32,000 nt of DNA from Dubosiella newyorkensis. Lineage in GTDB: Bacteria > Bacillota_I > Bacilli_A > Erysipelotrichales > Erysipelotrichaceae. The notes beneath the pieces are model-generated. The model did no database searches, had not been told where the DNA came from, and saw nothing but the letters and a program-made list of their open reading frames with translations. The stretch is taken from the NCBI RefSeq assembly GCF_001945605.1, contig NZ_MPKA01000062.1, positions 1 to 32,000 on the forward strand, given 5' to 3'. This document shows positions 28,747-32,000 of the stretch, in pieces. Position numbers and translations under genes: made by a program. Every line of letters begins with the position of its first letter. Position 1 is the first letter of the stretch.

Positions 28747-30192
28747 ATGAAAAATAACGTCGAAAGAAGAGAAATCAGTTTAAGTTCGCTGGTTATATTT
28801 GCAGAAAACCCGAGACACGAACCTGCGGAAAATGAAGAAAAGGCTATGGAACTCTTATGGATAATAGTTGGAAGTCAAAAAATGGTAAATCTAGCTAAAG
28901 ATATTGCTGAAAATGGATTAAATCCCAACGAACTGCCTATTCTAGTTCCTCTCGCCAGCAAAAAAGGAAAATTCGAAGTTTATGACGGGAATAGAAGGTT
29001 GACAGCATTAAGAATACTGAGTGATCCTGACAAATACGACTTTATCTCCACAAGCCAGAAAAGCAAGCTCAAGAGCATCGCGCAAACAAACTTGAGTCGG
29101 ATCCCGAAAAAAGTCTTTGCTTGCATTACCAGTCAAGAGCACGCTCTGTCTCTTATAAAAAAGACCCATACTGGTGTGGATAGTGGTCGAGGCCGTACGC
29201 CCTGGGGTGCAGAAGAAATTCGAAGGTTTGAATTAAAATATGGCACCAGGAAAGATACAACCGATTATATTCTTGAAAAAGCGAACGAATACTTTGAAAT
29301 CGATAATCTAACCAAACGACTTAGTATCACCTCGATTCGAAGAATCTTTTTTGCATCGGTCAAAAATGCTTTAGGATTCGACGAAAAGAATCCTGCATCT
29401 TTCACAAAAGATAGGATTTGTCTCGCGATAAAACTCATAGAAAAAGCAGCAGAGGAGGACAATAGCGGAAATAAAGTATCGAGATGGCATGCAGCGGATG
29501 CTGAGAAAATGTTAATGCCTATTATAAAAGAAGAAATAATAAGCCGCCCGCTCTCTCCTATACCTGAGCCGATCGCGCAAAATTCTGGTAAAACATCTAC
29601 AAATAATGCCACAAAAGGCAATAAAGACAAAAGCGATAAAAAAGAAGGCAATTCGAACAAGTCGAAAGAAGATAAACCAGAACCTCCCAAAGTTCCTTAC
29701 TTTATGGAAGGCTTGGATTTAAGCGGCTTATCTAAAAACGAACAAGGGAATCACGGGATTATTTCAATTGGAAATGAATTATTGAAGATCTCTAAAAACA
29801 AAGCAGTCGATAATTATCCATTGGCATCAGCAATGCTTTTGAGATCGCTTGTCGAAGCGGTATTGATCCGTCACCTAAAAACAAAAACCGACGAAGAAGG
29901 AAAACCTCATTGGAGTCATCTAGCTAATGAGACGAATGGCTATCCATCTTTATCTAAAATCATCAAATACTATGGTAAGTGTCATCAAGGCCTCTTAGAT
30001 CACACTCACAAAAGAACATTTGATCAATGCTTAGGAGATCAAAGCAAGGTAATCGAACCAATTAATTTATTGATCCACCACCCTGAAAAATTCCGTGAGC
30101 CCGAATATAAAATTAAAGATTGGCCAAAACTTGGTCTACTTGATTTGTTAAACTACCTGATTAAAGAAATTTCTGGCCAAAATGCTATTTAG
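28747..30192 (+). CDS. ParB/Srx-fold N-terminal domain protein with a K/S/N-rich linker and a helical, possibly HEPN-like, C-terminal domain
   Basis: N-terminus ISLSSLVIFAENPRHEP...KFEVYDGNRRLTALRIL (ParB NPR and DG.RR motifs). Linker NSGKTSTNNATKGNKDKSDKKEGNSNKSKEDKPEPP. C-terminus ...ASAMLLRSLVEAVLIRHL...IEPINLLIHHPE. Confidence 0.65.
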   Translation: MKNNVERREISLSSLVIFAENPRHEPAENEEKAMELLWIIVGSQKMVNLAKDIAENGLNPNELPILVPLASKKGKFEVYDGNRRLTALRILSDPDKYDFISTSQKSKLKSIAQTNLSRIPKKVFACITSQEHALSLIKKTHTGVDSGRGRTPWGAEEIRRFELKYGTRKDTTDYILEKANEYFEIDNLTKRLSITSIRRIFFASVKNALGFDEKNPASFTKDRICLAIKLIEKAAEEDNSGNKVSRWHAADAEKMLMPIIKEEIISRPLSPIPEPIAQNSGKTSTNNATKGNKDKSDKKEGNSNKSKEDKPEPPKVPYFMEGLDLSGLSKNEQGNHGIISIGNELLKISKNKAVDNYPLASAMLLRSLVEAVLIRHLKTKTDEEGKPHWSHLANETNGYPSLSKIIKYYGKCHQGLLDHTHKRTFDQCLGDQSKVIEPINLLIHHPEKFREPEYKIKDWPKLGLLDLLNYLIKEISGQNAI

Positions 30193-30224
30193 CGTTTATC
30201 CTTATCACGAGGAGGGTGAAAAAA

Positions 30225-31094
30225 ATGAATAATTCACCACTAAGATATCCTGGAGGAAAACATAAGCTGTTCCGTTTTGTCCAGCAGCTCATCAAAGAAA
30301 ACGGCTGCATAACATATATTGAACCTTTTTGTGGGGGTGCTGCAATAGCTTTAGAACTATTGAGAACCAACACTGTACAAAAAATCATAATGAACGATTT
30401 GGACCGCGGCATCTATCTAATGTGGAAAATGATTCTGGAAAGACCTGAAGAATTAATTGAAAAAATGGACAAAACAGAAATCACGTATGCAGAGTGGGAA
30501 CACCAGAAATGTGTTCGAGCTAATTTGGAAGAGCATTCCGATCTTGATATAGCGTTCTCTACCCTTTTCCTTAATAGGACTAATCGCTCAGGAATCATCG
30601 ATAAAGCAGGCCCTATTGGGGGTAAAAAACAGGATGGGGCTTATAAGATCGGCTGTCGATTCAATAAGGAAAAACTGGCCAAAAAAATCCGTTTAATCCA
30701 TTCAATGAGGAATAGTATTAGTTTGTATAATTTGGATGCCCGTGATTTCTTAGAAAAAGTCGTTGCTAAAGAAAAAAACGCATTTACGTTTTTCGATCCA
30801 CCCTATTTCCATAAAGGGCAGGAACTCTATTCAGATTTTTTAGGGTCTGAAGACCACCAGCAGCTTGCCACGCTCATAGTTGATCATCTTAGGCATGAAA
30901 AATGGATTGTTACATATGATAATGTCCAGGAGATCAAGGATTACTATTCACCAGTCAATGGGTTCGAGTACAGCCTTCAATATACGCTGCAAGAGAAGAG
31001 AAAAGCCACAGAATTGATATTTTTTTCGCCTGATGTAAGAATTCCTAAGTTGTCAAAATATATACATTTCATAGGTAAAACTCCCTTTCGATAG
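30225..31094 (+). CDS. D12-class (Dam-family) N6-adenine DNA methyltransferase
   Basis: LRYPGGKHKL, EPFCGGAAIAL (SAM binding), NDLD, FFDPPY (catalytic DPPY). The ATG at 30225 lies 8 nt after GGAGGG. Confidence 0.85.
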   Translation: MNNSPLRYPGGKHKLFRFVQQLIKENGCITYIEPFCGGAAIALELLRTNTVQKIIMNDLDRGIYLMWKMILERPEELIEKMDKTEITYAEWEHQKCVRANLEEHSDLDIAFSTLFLNRTNRSGIIDKAGPIGGKKQDGAYKIGCRFNKEKLAKKIRLIHSMRNSISLYNLDARDFLEKVVAKEKNAFTFFDPPYFHKGQELYSDFLGSEDHQQLATLIVDHLRHEKWIVTYDNVQEIKDYYSPVNGFEYSLQYTLQEKRKATELIFFSPDVRIPKLSKYIHFIGKTPFR

Positions 31095-31195
31095 TACCAA
31101 TAGTTTATTGGATATAGGGAAACAGGAAGGTTAATAATATTTCAGACACCGATATTGTCATAATTGGCTTTATTATCAAAAAAGGATGTGATGGA

Positions 31196-31456
31196 ATGAC
31201 ATATGAGGATTTTTTAAGATTTAATCAAATTAGTGTTGTTTTTGAACCGCTTCCTTATTCGATCAAGGGCTTCTGCAGGAAGAAGGGCGAATGGATCGTG
31301 ATCGTACTGAATGCCCGCTGCGATCTGGCTGAACAGAGGCGTGCGCTTGATCATGAGCTTGCCCATGCGCTGAATGGTCATTTGGATATGTACGACTATG
31401 AAGAATGCGAGAGTGCTGTTGCTTTTCAGAGCGGACAACGGAAAAAGAAAGGATGA
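31196..31456 (+). CDS. Small ImmA/IrrE-like zinc metalloprotease
   Basis: ...IKGFCRKKGEWIVIVLNARCDLAEQRRALDHELAHALNGH is the HExxH context typical of ImmA/IrrE. Only 86 aa. Confidence 0.6.
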   Translation: MTYEDFLRFNQISVVFEPLPYSIKGFCRKKGEWIVIVLNARCDLAEQRRALDHELAHALNGHLDMYDYEECESAVAFQSGQRKKKG

Positions 31457-31462
31457 ACAAGG

Positions 31463-32000
31463 ATGCCTGTCTATAAAGATGAAAAACGGGGGACTTGGTA
31501 TGTCGATATCCATTATACCGATCAAAACGGAAAAAGCCGACATATAACGCGTAGAGGGTTCAAAAGAAAAGGAGATGCCAAAGCGGCTGAAGAGGATATT
31601 TTGAGAAATCTGGCGGATAATCTTCCCTCTTCAATGACTCTCGATGAACTGGTTGATCAGTTCAACAAAAACTATGCGATCGAAGGAATAAAAGAGTCGA
31701 CAATGATCAGTAATTATTCGGTCTATAAGCAGCATATTCATAAGCAGCTCGGTTCCACAAAGGTCAAGAGCATCAAAGCTAAAACTGTAATGGACTGGAT
31801 GAGCGATCTAATCGCCAAGGAAAAACCGGACGGAAAAAAATATTCAGAAAATACAATCAATAATACGAAAATGACTTTATCGACGTACCTGAGCTATGCC
31901 GTCAAATTGGAGATCTTAGAATCCAACCCATGCCACAAGGTTAAAAAGTACAAAGATCAAAGCCATATGAGCCCAAAAACGGATGCGGAAATCAATTTTT
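31463..32000 (+). CDS. int: Tyrosine recombinase (phage integrase), N-terminal part; continues beyond the window
   Basis: MPVYKDEKRGTWYVDIHYTDQNGKSRHITRRGFKRKGDAKAAE is an Arm-type N-terminal domain, followed by a SAM-like core-binding region (...TINNTKMTLSTYLSYAVKLEILESNPC). The frame is open to the end of the window. Confidence 0.85.
   Translation, partial: MPVYKDEKRGTWYVDIHYTDQNGKSRHITRRGFKRKGDAKAAEEDILRNLADNLPSSMTLDELVDQFNKNYAIEGIKESTMISNYSVYKQHIHKQLGSTKVKSIKAKTVMDWMSDLIAKEKPDGKKYSENTINNTKMTLSTYLSYAVKLEILESNPCHKVKKYKDQSHMSPKTDAEINF

Overview
The window holds most of a temperate siphovirus-type prophage of a Gram-positive (Firmicutes-like) host. I saw no rRNA, tRNA or CRISPR array. The right end (27.7-32.0 kb, + strand) is the lysogeny module: a CI-like HTH/S24 repressor, a repressor remnant, a large ParB/Srx-domain protein, a Dam-family methyltransferase, a small ImmA-like metalloprotease and a tyrosine integrase that runs off the window. 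Almost everything else is on the - strand, in the usual lytic order:
- Cro-like repressor and small early genes.
- Replication module: DUF2800 nuclease, DUF2815, family-A DNA polymerase, VirE primase, iteron origin, VRR-NUC, SNF2 helicase.
- Late-regulator candidate.
- Two self-contained cargo cassettes: small protein plus DUF2335 membrane protein, and mazEF.
- TerS, TerL, portal and a MuF/gp7 minor head protein.
- A further cargo island: YjcQ-like protein, lipoprotein, 2-TM protein.
- Prp-like protease, scaffold, capsid, connector and neck proteins, major tail protein and tail chaperones.

The tape-measure gene is cut after about 48 codons by an IS21-family element (1-526), so the tail-tip and lysis genes are absent from the window.

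The most unusual locus is the MuF gene (6601-9012). It carries a C-terminal PBECR-type toxin-like domain and is interrupted at its conserved HPN|CRC motif by a 320-codon intein (7183-8142). The middle of that intein has no recognisable endonuclease in the sense frame. The opposite strand encodes a codon-aligned, self-signalled ORF with two HTH repeats and a Vsr/DUF559-like nuclease, broken by one in-frame TGA.

Other leads:
- A phage-encoded Prp protease next to scaffold and capsid proteins that carry L27-like NLQxFA leaders.
- Two paralogous intergenic elements, each folding into a roughly 25-bp irregular helix, with compensatory changes between the copies.
- A structured GC-rich leader plus terminator ahead of the YjcQ-like gene.
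- A ParB/Srx protein with a possible HEPN-like C-terminus, paired with the Dam methylase in the repressor-integrase gap.
- An opposite-strand gene with a consensus extended -10 and SD inside the early operon.
- About 3.5-fold over-representation of GATC in two sampled stretches.

All family assignments come from motifs read by eye. No database search was run.
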